A stretch of 64,000 bases of DNA from Blasia pusilla (GCA_050084515.1 CM114271.1:11036001-11100000), one strand, 5' to 3'. Positions 37,709-53,200 are shown, numbered from the stretch's first letter. Notes: generated from the letters alone by a model not told the origin. Numbers and translations: made by a program.

Positions 37709-40700
37709 TCAAAGATCTACATCGCCTTCCATAATTTCATCTTCAGAAACCACTTTCATGGAAACATGGATGATAGGGACATTATTAACATCTCTATTTG
37801 CAATCACTAGCTTCTCATTTGTGAGCTCTATAGCACCGATAGTGTTTTCTAGTGGTATCCTATGGGGGATGGTGTCTAGGCGATTGAGGCCAATGGAATG
37901 GACCTCATCCGGGTTTCCACCATCATAGATATCAGAAATCACTGGACGAGATCTAGCCTCTTTCCTCGAAACTACATTCCATCCACTTCCCTCATTTGCA
38001 TCTCCAACGAAAACTTGTTCCACTTGAGGTGGGAACACAAAGGGTTGGTGGTCCATTGGCTCACAACATTGAAGATTGACGAGTAGGAAGCCTTCACGAT
38101 TTCTCTTCATTGAGGGTATGCGAGAGTCCCAATATGCCCTCACCCACCTCCCTCTCATTAATATTAGAGGTCTATCTGAAATCCTGTAATCAAATGCAAG
38201 AGCATAAATGTAATGTTTAAGAATTATAAGAATTGATCTTTTGAAGGTAATTTGATGAGTTCCAACCCCAAGAGGATCACGATTATCTGAAAATAGAGTT
38301 TAAATTGGTGGTTATCTTGCAATAGTTGTAGTTAAGTGTATGCACTTTGGATTCAATCAGTTATTATTGTATTCTTCTCTCCATTACTACCAAGATTTAT
38401 TTCCTTTATTCTCTCCAATGGAATTGAATTCACGCTCAGACAGATCTTCACTCAATACCAAAGAATTTCACAGAGATCTCAACAAGAAGATGGCTCTTCC
38501 ATCTTTCGGAACTCAATCCGTCTTGGCAGGCTACTCTATGTCAAACTGATTTCTGACAACTTGCTGTTGATTATTCTAATGGTGAAAGTGCTCTCCCGAT
38601 CCACTCCACACTCTACAGACCCAATTAGATGATTCATGAATGCAAGCTTGAGAGGGTACTACTCTCTTGCTCATACCATTCCTCCAACAGAAGGACTTCG
38701 TAAGAGAATGATGAAAGTAACTGCATTGATGGTCTTTAAATATTCTTCCAAACAGTAGTAGTCCTAAAGATCTGGAGCGCTTCTAGTGAAGCTAGTACCT
38801 ATTGGGATTTTGTAACTACTTTGATCTACGGTTCTCTAAACTCTTACTGTGATCCCTGTGAATCCGCTGGTTGTAACTGTCCTAACTTCCTATCTGGTCC
38901 AAAAAGTAACGCCTCTTCCTAGCATAACTACTCTAACGGTGTGCCGCTTGAAATCGCGACCAGTCTTATCTTCGCTGTGAAGTCATAACTTCTTCTTCTT
39001 CCTTCGAAGACAAAGCTCTTCCTCTTATTCTGAAGATGAACCGCATCATTATTCGCGCTTGTTCCAAGTGCTTCGTTCTTCCCCCTTTGTTCTTCCGTGA
39101 AGCATTGCTGCTTCGTCTTGGTGTTTCGTTGAAGAGCGAAGTACTTATGCTTCTTCTTCTTCATCGTGTTTCGTTCAAGAGTGAAGCACTTCATAAACAG
39201 GTTCTTTATTAGGCTTCGTCGTCTTTTCCAAACTTTGCTCTTGGTCTTTAGACTTCGTGAATTCATTTCCCTCTCCTCCAAGGTAAATCCTTGATGTTCC
39301 ACCTCTCTGCCTTATCCTAGGAGCTTCATACTCTACTGCAATACTTCTCATAATATCCAATACTCAAAAATAATATTGATATAGTCTTTACTTCAAATAG
39401 TCTTCGTCCTTTAAGAGATCTATACTCAAGTTGAATGAAAATGTATTAATTCACAAATTTACAAAATGGTGGGTATCACAATCAACTAGGACTCCTGCAT
39501 ATGAATAGGCACAATTTTGGTCCTCCTTCTCTTCATCCAAAAATATAGCTCCAATTCCACTATCATAAGTTGAATATGCATTCCGTCCACCCTCTCCATC
39601 TACTCTGAAGTGATTTCCATAAGCCTTCATAGACTTGTATGATTCTACTTTTGGTTGTGGAGGGGTTGACAAGGCCAATGCCTCTTCATCCACCTTCCCA
39701 TCATTTTCCCTAGCATCTTGAAGGATGGCTGGTCAAATCCACTTTTGGAAAGGAATTGATGCCCTCTCCCTTTATTATTTCTTGAAAGGAAGAAAATAAC
39801 ATCACCAATAAATAGGGTGGCCTTAAAGATTAGAAAAAATAGCATGATTTATGATAAAAGTTGATTATACTCGGAGAATGAGGTGACTGATTGAAAATGT
39901 ACATGTGCCATACAACCATGGCCTCGGTATTATGTAAGACATAGTGGTGTGCCAAGAGCAGCATCTCTCGAGATAATCGGACTTTCTGTCCTACACCTTC
40001 TAACTCCTCACCTGCAACTCGTTCTTCTTCACCGTCATCCCAAATACGCGTCCTCACATGCTCAAATCTCTTCATATACTCAGTCAAAAATCCCAATGCC
40101 TCATCTTTGACATACCCCTCGGCCATGAAACCCTCATGACAAGCTTTAGATCTCACATATGTTTTCAAAGTATCCATGTATCTTTCCATCGGATAGATCC
40201 ATCGGCAAGCTAAACCCACATATATCCAATTCTTCGATTACATGGATTAAGAGATGTGTCATCAAATCAAAAAAGGATGGTGGAAAATGCATCCTTTGAG
40301 ACATAGGGTTATGGTTGCATCTTGATGTAATTGTTGATTAGATGTAGGATCATACACTTTATAACATTATGACCTAAATATCTTGCTAAAGTGGATGACG
40401 GTAGAGCGGACTGACTCCTTCATAAGGCCGCAAAGGGAAAAAGGAAGGAATTTTTGAATGAGCACATGATAATCATGTGACTTCATGTTACCCAATTTTC
40501 GTTTCACCGCATGTTTCCTTAACTCCCCAATATACCCCGTCGGCACTTTCAAAGACTCAATCCTAGACAGGAATATGCTCAGATCTTGAGGTGATAAAAC
40601 ATAATCACATTGAGGTTTCACTAGTCCATGAGCCCAACTTGGATGTGGTTGTAGCCACAAGTGAGGTCGAATTCCACGTGCCTCCATATCTCTTCTACAC

Positions 40701-42687
40701 TTCACTATATCCTTCATACCAAGTAGAGTCTTCACCATATTTTCACATATGTTTTTTTCCACATGCATAAAATCTAATTTATGTTCAATAAGAAGATGCT
40801 AATCTTATGGTAAGGAAAATAAATTCCAGCATGAGAACTAAACTTCACATAACACATAATATGAATTTTTGCAAATATAAATGGATCAAGTCGATACTCT
40901 GAAATATGGAAAATCAAACAAAAGACTTCGCCTCTTCACCCCTGTTCTCTTGTAAGGATCATTACGAGCATGATCTCGTCCTCATATATTCTTTTTTCCT
41001 CGGCCCATCTTAGAATGTCATCAGTTGTAACCCTCTAACATGATACTCTAGATTCCCCTAAGCCATTGAATTGGGAGCCATAAGCTCTTCCTCTCCAAAC
41101 ATGATCTAATGGAAGGTGTCTACGATAACAACCAAAAATAGGCGTCTCGCATTGTTTGGAGAAGTCTGAATCCACATAAGGTCCACATTTTGTACATGCA
41201 AGTTTCCCACCATGGCTTTTCCCTCAGATTGTGCCATATGCTAGATAATCATTTACATTCCACAAGATCATGGCTCTAAACTTGAACTCCATCTCTCCCA
41301 AAGGTCTTCGGACATCAATGAAATCTACCCCATTCCACAACTTCTTAAACTCATCCACTAAGGGAGCTAGGTATGTGTTGATATTCTCTCCATTCACACT
41401 CTCTTTGCCAGGAATGATTAAAGCCAACATGACAAAGAAATTCTTTGTTTGAATCCAAGGTGGAAGGTTATAGTTCACTAATAGGACTGGCCATGCCGAC
41501 CATAAACTGGCCTTATCGGAATATGGATTCACACCATCAAGTGCTAAACCAAACCTACAATTTCTACTCTCCATTGCAAAATCAGGATACAAATGATCGA
41601 TATGATCCCAAGCCTTGTTGTCGCTTGCATGTATAACCATGCCATCTTTGCTTTTGTTATCAAAAGACCAAGTCAATAACTCATACAAAGCCTTGCATCT
41701 ATACATACGCTGCATCCTAGGGATAATAGGGAAGTGTCTTAAGACCTTGTTTGGTACCAAAGACCTTCCTACTTGCTTAAACCTAGAATTCCCACACTTT
41801 GGGCATGTATCCACCTCTTCCAAGTCCCCACGAAAGAGAACACATCCTCTAGGACATGCATGGATAGAAGAGTTGAAGCTCATACCAAGCTTACTGATAA
41901 GTTTATTTGTTGCATATTATGATGGCGGCACAAGATTATCAGATGGGAGTACCATCTTACGTAAAAGTTTCAAAATCTCATCAATTCCAATGTTAGGAAC
42001 GTTGTGAGTAGCACCAATATCGAAAATGAGCATGACAAAAGCAAGTAAGGGTGTCTTAGCTCCCGTGAAGAGAGTTTTGCATGTTGTTGTAAGGTCATGG
42101 AAATTAGACTCCATACTAGGATCAGATGTGGCATTAGGATTAAGATTCTCAACCCTTTCCTCTTCAATGATGCCATCCTCATCATGGATCTCATCATACT
42201 CTCTGAATATATCATGGAGCATTTGAGGAACATCAATGTCAACATCCAAACTGGGATTTTCATGTTGAGAGAAAGTAGGAACCTGCTTCGATTTTATGAT
42301 GTGTTCACGTTGCTCCTTCTCATTGCTCTTCTCATATGCCAACCACTCCTCGTCTGATGAGTCCCTATCTTCCCTAATTTTTGGGACTCTACATAGATGA
42401 GATCTCCCATTTATCCTCAAATGCTCTTTCACCTTGCCTAATCCCAAGGAAGTCCCACCCTTCCACTCGGTACAAGGGCATCCAGCCCTCTTCCTTCCCA
42501 ATGTACGACACTTTGCACGTTCCCTTTGCCACAACTTATAGTCGTGTGCATGGATTCTATCAGGATGACTAATATCCATTCGTATGCAAGTAGTTCTTTG
42601 TGGTATCACGGCCCCTACGTCAAGTTGATAAGAGAATAAATAAATAAATGAAACAAACCTACTTTGGATATTAATTTTGTAGATCAC
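37709..42687 (-). pseudogene. CACTA transposase (TnpD-like), disrupted
   Basis: CPC...HL associated domain; HACPRGCVLF, CPKCG and LALDGVNPY...WPVLLVNYNLPPW core; MHVEKNICE; KSHDYH; WIYPMERYM..LK.YVR; C-terminal QPFVFPPQVEQVF. Confidence 0.93.
38185..39480. mobile_element. Solo-LTR-like insertion in the CACTA transposase
   Basis: TGTAAT...GTGGGTATCACA, about 1.3 kb, with termini like the 6060-7351 family. It interrupts the YAGVLVD/ISDRPLILMRGRWV region. No clean TSD. Confidence 0.7.
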
Positions 42688-45600
42688 ACCCTCACATAAG
42701 CATACATAGTACTCTGATTCTTGCTGAATGATTATTTCATTGCAAATAAAAAAATGTCGTGTAGATATGAGCGTACCTTCTTATATCAAGATTCTATCTT
42801 CTTTTGAGAATTAAGCCTCCCCTTGATCCATTTTACCTATCTGATATAGGCTAAACGCAAACATACGGCTCACATATCCCACCTTCATAACATTAAAAGG
42901 CACACATTGATTATTATTCTTATATTTTTTTATCCTACCCACTATAGTTGCTTCTTAAGATCTCACATAATTATGAACGAACATAAATCAATGTGAGCGT
43001 ACAAATAATCTAGGATTCCATTTATCTTTGTAAAATGTGAACATACTTAATTCATTGGTATAACATAATTCATATCATATACACAAAGGTTCTATCTGAA
43101 CCTATGAAAGGTCAAATGGAATGAGTGGTGATTAATTTGTTTTTCCTTGCTGAGGCTTTTTAGGTTGTTCAACAATGGGTATGATGTATGATGCATAATG
43201 GTAATTTTTGTAATTATATTTCTAAAGGTTCACACTATCTTTTTAATGGATATGAATGTATGTTATTAAACTACTTTGGCTCTTACACCCTTCGATTAAT
43301 ATCTATACCATGTGAAATGATGTGATTGCATGCTATTTGTACATTGTTAATATTACTGTTCCATGAAATCAACAATTTTTAACACGAAAATACACTTGAC
43401 CTGCTATAACATCGAACAACTACAATTTGTACATGCATTCATACCCATTGAATTAATCTTGTAGGTTAGAAGTTCTTTACAATGATTTAAAAAATGTTAT
43501 ATTAAAGATCATAGCCTCACTAGTCTGAAAAAACCTAGTTTAGAAAAGAGCTCAGAGGTCCAAAATTCCAACCTTATGTTAACAATATGGTCTAGCTCAC
43601 TTATAATTCTTTGACAAAAAACCTAGATGCAAAATTAAAAAACACCTGGTTGGCCTAAATACTGTCACCAGTGTCAAGTCCCACTTCAAATCACAAATTT
43701 GGCTTTAAGCGAGCAGACCTACCAAGCTGCTCTACTCCAACGGCGCCAAATAGGGCCACAAAAAAAATGAGCACAACAAGGGCAAAGTCTACCACTCAGG
43801 TTCTCCCTAAGAAAGCCTGTCGCCATGCATATCCTCTCGCCAAGTAGTCTCCCTATCCTCACAGATGAGTACTCAAATATGACACTACATGCTTTTCTAG
43901 AATATGCCATAGCAGCATGGATAAGAGACAATGCCTTCCTTAGACTTGGTGAGGAATCCTCACCAAGAACTATACCATCTGAATCATGGCAAAGATGAAC
44001 GATAATGATGTCTGCAACATCCATCATGAGCCAGAGAATGATGGAATAGCGATCCTCATGCCTACATACAAAATTGGAGAAGATAACATATAGATGTCGC
44101 ACCTTCGTATGAAAGCCCCAATTCTCTACTCTTTCGTGCCAAGTCCAGTACCAATAGTGGCATGTATGTAAGCTACATATCATGACTTGCACTTCTATAG
44201 GGAGACATTGGATATGGTTGACCAACATGCACACTCTTTGGTTACCACGGAAGTACTCGTGGAGTTTAATACCTATATGAGGTGTTGGCTAGCCATGTGG
44301 GTTCATCCTTCACACAAAAAGCAAAGCCCTTTGAATTAAATCTTTACTCCTTAGGAAATTTGGATGGCCAAATGACTTGTCCACTTCACAGCAATCACTC
44401 TAGATCTTCTCTCCTTCAATAACTTGTTAGATAGCGTACAATCAATGGTTAAGGATCTTCTTTTTATGGTTATGTTTGAACATTGTGAATTGCAACCAAG
44501 TAGCACCAAAGTTATAGCGTGGCTTGTCAACCTGCTCTACTTCATCGAAGCCCTAGTGAATAGGGAGACAAAAAAGATCCAAAGTCACCCATCTACTTTG
44601 GATGCCAACATTCTTAACAAAGAAGATAAGTCACAATTATCTAAGACTTGACTTTCCAGATCTCTTTGCTCAATCGGACCTAAAGGTATGTGAATTCATG
44701 GCTAGGCAAAATCAGGTTTCAGATTGCTAAGTTTCAACAATTTTGTGTGAAGACTAGGTAAAATCATATGGCACTAAGACCTCGCAGACCCTTGCTGCTG
44801 CTGTACTTATTTTCAAACTACAGGGGGAAAGTCTTCTACCTTGCGGTAAAATGATGACTGGTTGGAAGCAAACACTCCAGCAAATGACATACCCAATTTC
44901 TACTCAAGATACAAATTGTTAGTGACAAAGCTTTCTATCGGCTTAAGAGCTATAGCTTACATTTAGTTGCATCATATGTGGGCACATTTCAGGTCACCGC
45001 GGAGGGTTATAAGTCAGTCGCACATTACCAAATGACTACGTGCCAAGTTGTATCACATTCCTATGCTTCACCTAGAAAGAGAAGTATTGAAGAAGCAATG
45101 CAAAAAATGGAAAGAAAAAATGATGGACAGTCGAATGCTAATGATGGCTGCTTAGAACCATCCACACCATCTCCCCTACGATCTAACCCTTGTAAGGCAG
45201 AGATGCACACAATCTTTGATGTCAAGACTGGGTGTGAGATGATCCTTGAAACATAATGTTAGCCAAAATGGTCCAGAATCAGTGTTTCCTCTAAGGAAGT
45301 TGAAGGGAAACTAATGAGTCTGTCAACACACGTCCCAACTCGAAGACATCTCAAAAAGAACACAAAGATCGATTGACCCTCGGGCTCTCGCATCAAAATA
45401 AGTTGGAATAGTATGAAGTCAAGTGCAAACATACTAGCAGCATTAAACCAAGGGCTGGTATTCAAGAAAAGAAAAGCCCAACGAACAATGTAGTACCATC
45501 CGGAGACTATTCCAATTCACCAATGCTTATGTCTAAGGCTCCATGTATCAAGGAATCAAGCAGATGCAGAGATTTGAAAACCTCTGGTGGTGTGAAATAT

Positions 45601-47290
45601 GAAGTCAATGTAGGTAGTCTTGCTCTGGTTTTGGTGATATCTGACTCCGAATCAAATAGTAAAGGAACAGCAAAAGAGAATGGGAAAAGGAGGCGACCCG
45701 TCCTAGTCGGGAATCTGCACAATTAAGAGTTCATCTTGACTAGACTACAATGTAGCCAACAAAAGGCTTGATTGATCTGCTCATCTACTCATGCAATTCG
45801 GTTTATGCACAAGGTCTTTTGATCTACCCACGATAATCATTTTGTAAAATGAGTGGTCACTGTCGAACAATGTGATAGAGACAGGGATTTCAATAGACGA
45901 ATAGCTCCTATTCATGAAGGGAATCCATCAAATGCATTTGAGCAAAAACTCTCAATCGAATGTCGTAAATAAGAGAAACTAACCTGTAAGTGCACTTGTC
46001 ATGCCAAAAACCCGCAGCCAGGGCTAGAGCTCGACCCTAGATCCTTGATCTCAATATTCTGCAATGTAATGTTGTGGTGTGCTCCACATTCACAACCCTA
46101 TCTCTCCGCCTTAGCACTCTCTCTTTGGATCTGCCTCAACACTCTCTATCTTCCTCGGGAATTAACTCTCTCTATGCCTCGAACTAACTCACGCACTCTC
46201 TCCTCCTCGAGCTCACTCGATCATGCTCTCATGCGTTAGATCTCACTATTCCTCGGGTTTACTCACGCTAGCTAGCTCTCCCCCGTTTGCTCTCTTTGCC
46301 TTCGGCTCTACAGATGAGCTTGATCCCGCCCTCGTTGTTAGCCTTCTATGCCTTAAGCTAACTTGCGCACTCTCGCGTTAAGTCTCTCTCCTCCTCGGTC
46401 TCACTCAATCAAGCTCTCATGCGTTAACTCTCACTCTGCCTTAGACTCTCTCACCCTAGCTAGCTCTCTCGCGTTTGCTCTCTTTGCCTTTGACTCTACA
46501 TATGAGCTCGATCCTGCCCTCGTCATTTTCCACGAGCTAATTCTTCCTTAGGTATTGGTCGTCTTCGTTAGGAAAGCCTTCTTGTGAGTGAAACTACTCT
46601 TGCCTCATGTAGCTAAGATCCATCGCTGTTCATAAGGTAAGTGCTTCAAGGAATTTTTCCCAACCCATCTACGAGAGAATTTTGGTTTTTGAATGATGAT
46701 TAATTCCATCGAAGTAGGAGTATTTTTTCATTTGGTTCAAAATATAAGTAAAGTTGAAATAATTATTCTATTGAATTTATTATTAGTATTAATAACATGA
46801 AATTTATAGCATTTTAATTTATGATTAATTTATAAATATACCTCATTTGATACAAAACGACTCAACATTTTGTGAGGCATTTCATGATATAACTAAGAAG
46901 AAATCCAAAGTTATTCAATGACTTACTCATGTTCTTAGAAGACTGAAATATTACATGTTAGAGTTTTTAAATAACTCAATTCTTAGCAAGTCATTTTGGG
47001 ACATGATAGAGCCATATCCCGAAATTCTACAATGACTTAGTCATATTTTGTTATGACTAAGATGTTAGTATTTTATGGAAAGATATGACTACCATATGAC
47101 TAAGGGACATTCTAGTCATACGTTTGAGTCATGAAACATATCAGTCATTTTTTATATGACTAAAATGTTAGTATTTGATGTAGAGATATGACTACCATAT
47201 GATTGAGGGACATTCTAGTTATACGTTCAAGTCATGAAAGACATCAATCATTTTAGTCGTAGTCATAAAAGCCATGTTTTTCTTCTAGTG

Positions 47291-50200
47291 CTTGCACTCT
47301 CTTCACTTCATCCATTGTATAAGCAAACACATCAAGGTATTCTACAAGTAAGGTCTTATATTGTGAAAGTTCAGAAGTAGACAAATTTGTGGATAGATGC
47401 AAAGCCTTGGTGTCAGTGATAGAGACTTCTTGGTGGTCTTTTTCGTGCATTAAACTGATATGTAGTGAGCCCGACATGCTCTTCTCCGGGTAAGGACTTA
47501 CTCTGCTCTAGGTGTAAGAACTCCTCATCTATCTCATAACATTCCAGATAGCACACATAGGACAGGGACTCTATGTCGACTACCGAGCCTTGATCCAAAG
47601 TGTACCCCTCGTCCGTGGTAGGTGTCTCACCTTGCAAAGGCCGAGACTTCCAAGAAAACTTCACGAGCTTCTTTGGAATATTGTATGGTGCTTGGAAGAT
47701 GAATCTTCGTCTCTTCCAATCCGTGTTGACTTGCGCTCCATAGAGCCAAAGTCTTCTGATGAGCAGGGGATAACCTATGACAGTCAATGGCTGGAGGATG
47801 AGGTACTCCAATAAGAATAGCACTCCTCCTATCATGGTGGGGATCTGGGTAAGTTGCCCCAATGGTCGCTTCCAAGAGGGGTCGGCGAAGCGCAAGTAAT
47901 TATCCGTGGGCTCATAATTAGTATAACCCAAACCCATAGTGGTTTGCTGTGTCATTCTGTTGATCCCCCTGCCGGAATCAATGGGGACCTTCTTAATGGT
48001 ATGCCCCTCAATTTCCACTTCCACCTCCGGGGCTCTAAGGTGTTTGACTTTCTATGCGGAATACATCCACCACTTGAAGCTTCTTTGCTCCTATCTTCTT
48101 CTTGCATCCCACTTTCCATTGTTGCAGAATCTTCCCATAAATAGGATTATCCATAAGTAGTTGCAATAGGGAGATATTCGATGGATTGGTTGCCAAATCC
48201 TTCAACAAGATATAGGCCTCCATCACTAGGGGGGAAGCAACCGAGGTCTCCTGTAATGTCCAACTCAAGGAAAAAGGAACTCCTTTGATTGAAAAGTATT
48301 AAGTTTGTTCCCAAGAGATCACCGTTTCCTGAGTAAAAAAAGGTTTTATAAGAAATATCAAGAACACATCCTTCTTCACTAAGCACTTAACTAATTACAA
48401 TAACTAAGTCTTCACTAGTACAAAAGAACAAAATGGTTTTCTTCCCTCTTGGAAAAGACTCTTCTCAAGTGCAGACATAGATTCTTGCGAATCTTGGATA
48501 AACAAGTTTTAACAAAGACCTAAGAGAGACCTCAAGAACGAACGACTCTTCCTACTTTCAGAATTAAATTTTTCACAACAAGTTACTCATTGTTTAACAG
48601 CTTTCTTGCGCTCTTCCAGATTATCTTCTGGAAGTCCGAAATCACAAGACTCAACTCTCATCCCTACTGTAGCCCAATAAGGTTTTACACTCAACTCCAC
48701 ACATCAAGAAGTATGAGAGAAGACACTTCTACTGCATCAAAGAGTGGAAAGAACTAGAAAGTTTTGCAAGCTTCAGAAAGTACAAGACTCTTCGGCTTTG
48801 ATCATCCCCACAAAACTCCTTACACAACCCACAAAGACAACTGGTAAACTCAAGATCCAAGGGACTAATTCTAACCAAAATTACTAGGGAATTCAAGACA
48901 CAAGGGAATGATCCCTTCTTTTTCTATTTTATTCTTTAAATAGTCCCCTTGTACAATTCCTGGCTCTTCCTATTATACTCTAGAATTATAACCGATAATC
49001 CTACCCTCCTCTGTTCAAATTATCCAACCCTCCATCTTTCTGAGGCGGTTGGTTGCCTTGGCAAGTCATTTCCGCTTCCTTCTGCACCGCTCCATTTATG
49101 GCTTCCAAAACCGCCGCGACGGTTCGGTCTTCACATTCTTCGTGCTCTTCTCAGTCTTCGCAGTCCTATCTCAGAGAAGACTCTTTGATCTTTGGTCTTT
49201 GGTCTTCGCTCTTTGGTCTTTGTTTATAGTCTGTGCACAAAGACTCCTTTGGAACTTTGGGTGCAAAGAAGAAGTCTTTACAATCTTCCTTGCTAGTCTT
49301 TACAGTCGTTTTCACTCCTCCAAGAGACTTCCCTGATCTTCCGATCTCCTTGTCTTCTCAATGGAGTTTCACTAACTAGCCTTATCAAGTACTCTTCCAA
49401 CTATTTCTCTTCCTCTATTCATATTTACAATCTTCTACAAAATCTTCAATCTACAATCTTCCTTCCTAAAGACTTTTACTTATTTTTGTACAAAAACATC
49501 CAAAAGACAAAATTCTCACAAGAGTGGGTTATCATATCTCCACCCTTGGTTCTTCTTGCTTGGTCAAGGATTCTTTAGGTAAGGCTCCACTTTTTTGCTC
49601 CTCATGGACTTGGTTGAAGACCCGCTCCTCTACCTCATGATGCAAATACTTTGGATAATTCCGATCAAATGTTGGATCCAGGTCGCCTTTCAAAATAGCC
49701 TTCCCTGCTCAAAATGTTCTGGCTGCCATCTTCATAGCCGGTCTGCTTTGTGAAGACCAACACTCTTGGGTCTTCGCACTTGTGGTCTTCTTAGTCTTTG
49801 ACTGCATGTCCACCGTGAAGACTTCGATGAGGATGTCTTCGGGCCAATTTGAGGACTATTCATCGATCTTTGTCTCAGGTCGCTCTTGCTTAATGGTCAC
49901 CTTCTTAATCTCCTTTGGTGACGTGACATCTTATACTCTTACTAACTGCACATTAACCTCATTTTTGGCTTTTGTCGATGCGGGTGGAGTAGTTACATAT
50001 TTGACCAAGAGCCTTGGAACTTGAGGCTTCGGGAATTCCACCATAGTGTGTCCTCCTTTCTTACAATTGCCACATAGGGGGTTCAGCCCAACAGGTCTCT
50101 TTGGATTTGGACAATTATTCGCCCAATGATCAGCTGCCCAAAAATTATAGTAACAGTTTCTTTTGATAGGTGGGGTGAACGCGAATGGTCCCATAATATA

Positions 50201-53200
50201 TCTAAGGAGCCTATGCTCTCCATACTTGGGTGATACATATGGGAGAATCTAGCTTCAAGGAGTTCTAGTCCATGGAATTTCCTGGAGTGCATACCATCCC
50301 TCCCACTGATCTGCTTGATACCATCCCTCCTCCATAGATGGGTCTTCTTGTACCCAACGTAAATCTCGTTGAAGCGGGCACTCTGGCACTATATGCCCTT
50401 GAGTCCCACACAAACTACACCATATATTAGGCCGCATATATCTTGCCTTCTTCTAGGATCCTTCTAGGCCGCCAGGTGTACCTTCAGTTTGGCCATTTGC
50501 TTCGTAAATTCACAAATGGTGGACTTCTCCCCATCCTTCTTGGTCTTGCGGGCGAGACTCACAGACTTGCAGCTCTCCGTATTCACGCTCTTGTCCTTAC
50601 GCCCTTTCCCTAAGGAAGAAGACCATTTTGGGCGTCTTACTCTCTTCTTTCTTTTGCCCTTGGAGTCTTCCTCAGAATGCGAGTCTTCGCTAAAACTGCC
50701 TGACGAGGTATCTAAAGAGTTGGACAAAGACAAAGAACTAGTCCTCTTCCTTTGGTGTCTTTTCTTCCGAGTCCTCCTGGACTTCTCCGAGGCCTCGTAG
50801 GCTTCTGCAAATGCAATGAAAGTTGCTAAGGAGTCTCGTTGCCCTCTGCGACAATAGCGATCCATCTCCTTGGATAGACCAAACACATACCAATCCACTA
50901 GTTGTGACACAATGGTGTGCTCCAACTTTCCGACCAAGTTGTGAAATCTTGGAGTGTGTTATTTGGTGATTGGAAAGTTAATCTTTGTCTCTTCCAATCC
51001 GTGTTAACCTGAGCTCCATAGAGCCATGGTCTTCCAATGAGCAGGGGATGATCGGTGACTGTCAAAGGCTGAAGGAGAAGATAGTCCAATAGAAATAGCA
51101 CTCCCCCTATCATGGTGGGGATCTGAGTAAGTTGCCCCAAAGGTCGCTTGCGAGGCTGGTCTGTAAAGCGTAAGTACTTATCGGTGGGTTCATATTTAGT
51201 GTAACCCAAAGCTTGAGTGGTTTGCTCTATCATGATGTTGATCCTGATTCTGGAATCTATAGGGACTTTCCTTATGGTCTATCCTTCAATCTCTACTTCC
51301 ACTTCCGGTGCACCCAAGTCTTCAACTTCGATGCGGAATAGATCTACCACGGGGAGCTTCTTTGCACGCTCCTTCTTCTTACATCCAACCTTCCACCCAT
51401 GGAGTATTCTCCCATAAATGGGGTTATCCATGAATCACTGCAATAAGGATACATTTTCGGGATTGGTAGCCAAATCCTTCAGTAAGTTGTAAGCTTCCAT
51501 CACCAGGGGCGTTGCCACCAAGGTCTCTACTTTTCCTTCTTTGTGATGGGGTAAGACGCTATGCCCAAAATCTCCACTTGCTTTTTCTTCATGAACTTGG
51601 TTATGGACATGCTTCTCAACTTCTAGGTAGAAGTACTTTGAATGATTGGGAATAAAGCCGGGACCTCCTCGCCTTTCAGAATAGCTTTCCTTGCTCGAAA
51701 TGTCTCACCCACTTTCTTCGTCGACATATTCCTTCCAAATGATGATTATGGGATCTCTGCCCTCACACTTTTCTTCTTAGACTTGGACCTGGTATCCACT
51801 AAGAAGACCTCATTGAGGAAGTATTTGGGCCAATCGGAGCACTCTTCTTCAATCTTCATTTTCAAGGTTTCTTCTATAATTGTCACCTTCCTTGCCTTCT
51901 TGGGTGAGGTGACATCTTCCACACGTACTAGCTGCACATTAACGTCATTCTTGGCTTTGGTTGGTGCCGGTGGGATGGTGACATATTTGACCAAGAGCCG
52001 GGGCACTTGAGGCTCTAGACATTCTAATGCAGTATGTCCTCCCTTCTTACAATTACCACATAGGGGATTCAAACCCACGGGTCTTTTTGGGTTGGGACAA
52101 TTGTTTGCCCAGTGATTTGCTACCCCGCAATTATAACATTAATTCCTCTTAATAGTGGGGTGAACGTTGAGGGTCCCATGATGTGTTGTAGAGGCCTTTG
52201 CTCTCCAAATTATGGCGGCAGTATCTTGAGATCCAGCTACGAGAAGTACTAGCCCCATAAACTGCTTAAACCGCATAACATCCTTCCCACTGGTTGGCTT
52301 CATACCATCCCTCCTCCTTTGAGGGTTCTTCTTGTATCCAATGTAAATCGCATTGCAATGGGCACTCTGGCACTGTATGCCCCTGAGTCCCACAAGAACT
52401 ACACCATATATTAGGCCGCATAAGACCCGACCTTCTTCCAGGGTCTTTCTGAGCCGCCAAATGTACCTTTAACTCGGCCATTTGCTTTGTCAACTTACTT
52501 ATGGTAGACTTCTCCCCATCGTTCTTTGTCTTACGAGCGGGACTCACCAACTTGTGACGCTCGTTCTTCGCATTCTGATTCATACGTCCTTTTCCCTCAG
52601 TTGAGGACTTTCTTGGGCGTCATGCTTTCTTCTTCTTCTTGCTCTTGGAGTCTTCCTCAAACTTTGAGTCTTCAGCGCTTGTGCTTCCTGATGAGGTATA
52701 TGAGGAGTCAGACGAAGACGAAGACCCCTCTCATCAAGAGTTTGTCCGCTTTCGATGATGTCTCTTCTTACGCATTATCTTGGATTTTTCTGAGGCCTCG
52801 TAAGCTTTGGCAAAGGCAATGACTGTTGCTAATGAGTACCCATGCCCACTACGACAGTAACGATCCATCTCCTTTGATAACCCTAACACATACCAATCCA
52901 CCAACTATGGCACAGTGGTGTGCTCCAACTTAAAAGCCAAACTGCAAAACCTCACAGTGTACTCTCTCAAAGTCTCTTTCTTCCTTCTTTTAAGATCACG
53001 AAGCTTTGTAAGCAGACGATCGTCAAATTCTAGGTCCTGAAACTCATGAAGGAATGCCTTAAGCAGGGTCTTCCAAGTTTCCAAGAGCTCTACGTCTAAC
53101 CCCTCATACCACTAACTAGCACGCTTCTTTAAGAGTCCAGGAAAGACTCTAAAAAATCCTCCTTGGATCCTTCTCCATTTGCTTTTGCCACATGGGTAAA

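Larger units (their letters stand above)
16545..47290 (-). mobile_element. CACTA (En/Spm) termini enclosing a transposase and many nested insertions
   Basis: CACTAGAAAAAATCCCTGGTTTTATG at 16545 and CATAAAAGCCATGTTTTTCTTCTAGTG ending at 47290. ATGACT/AGTCAT subterminal motifs at 16560-17230 and 46900-47270. The 3-bp flanks (CGG vs CTT) do not match. Confidence 0.7.
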
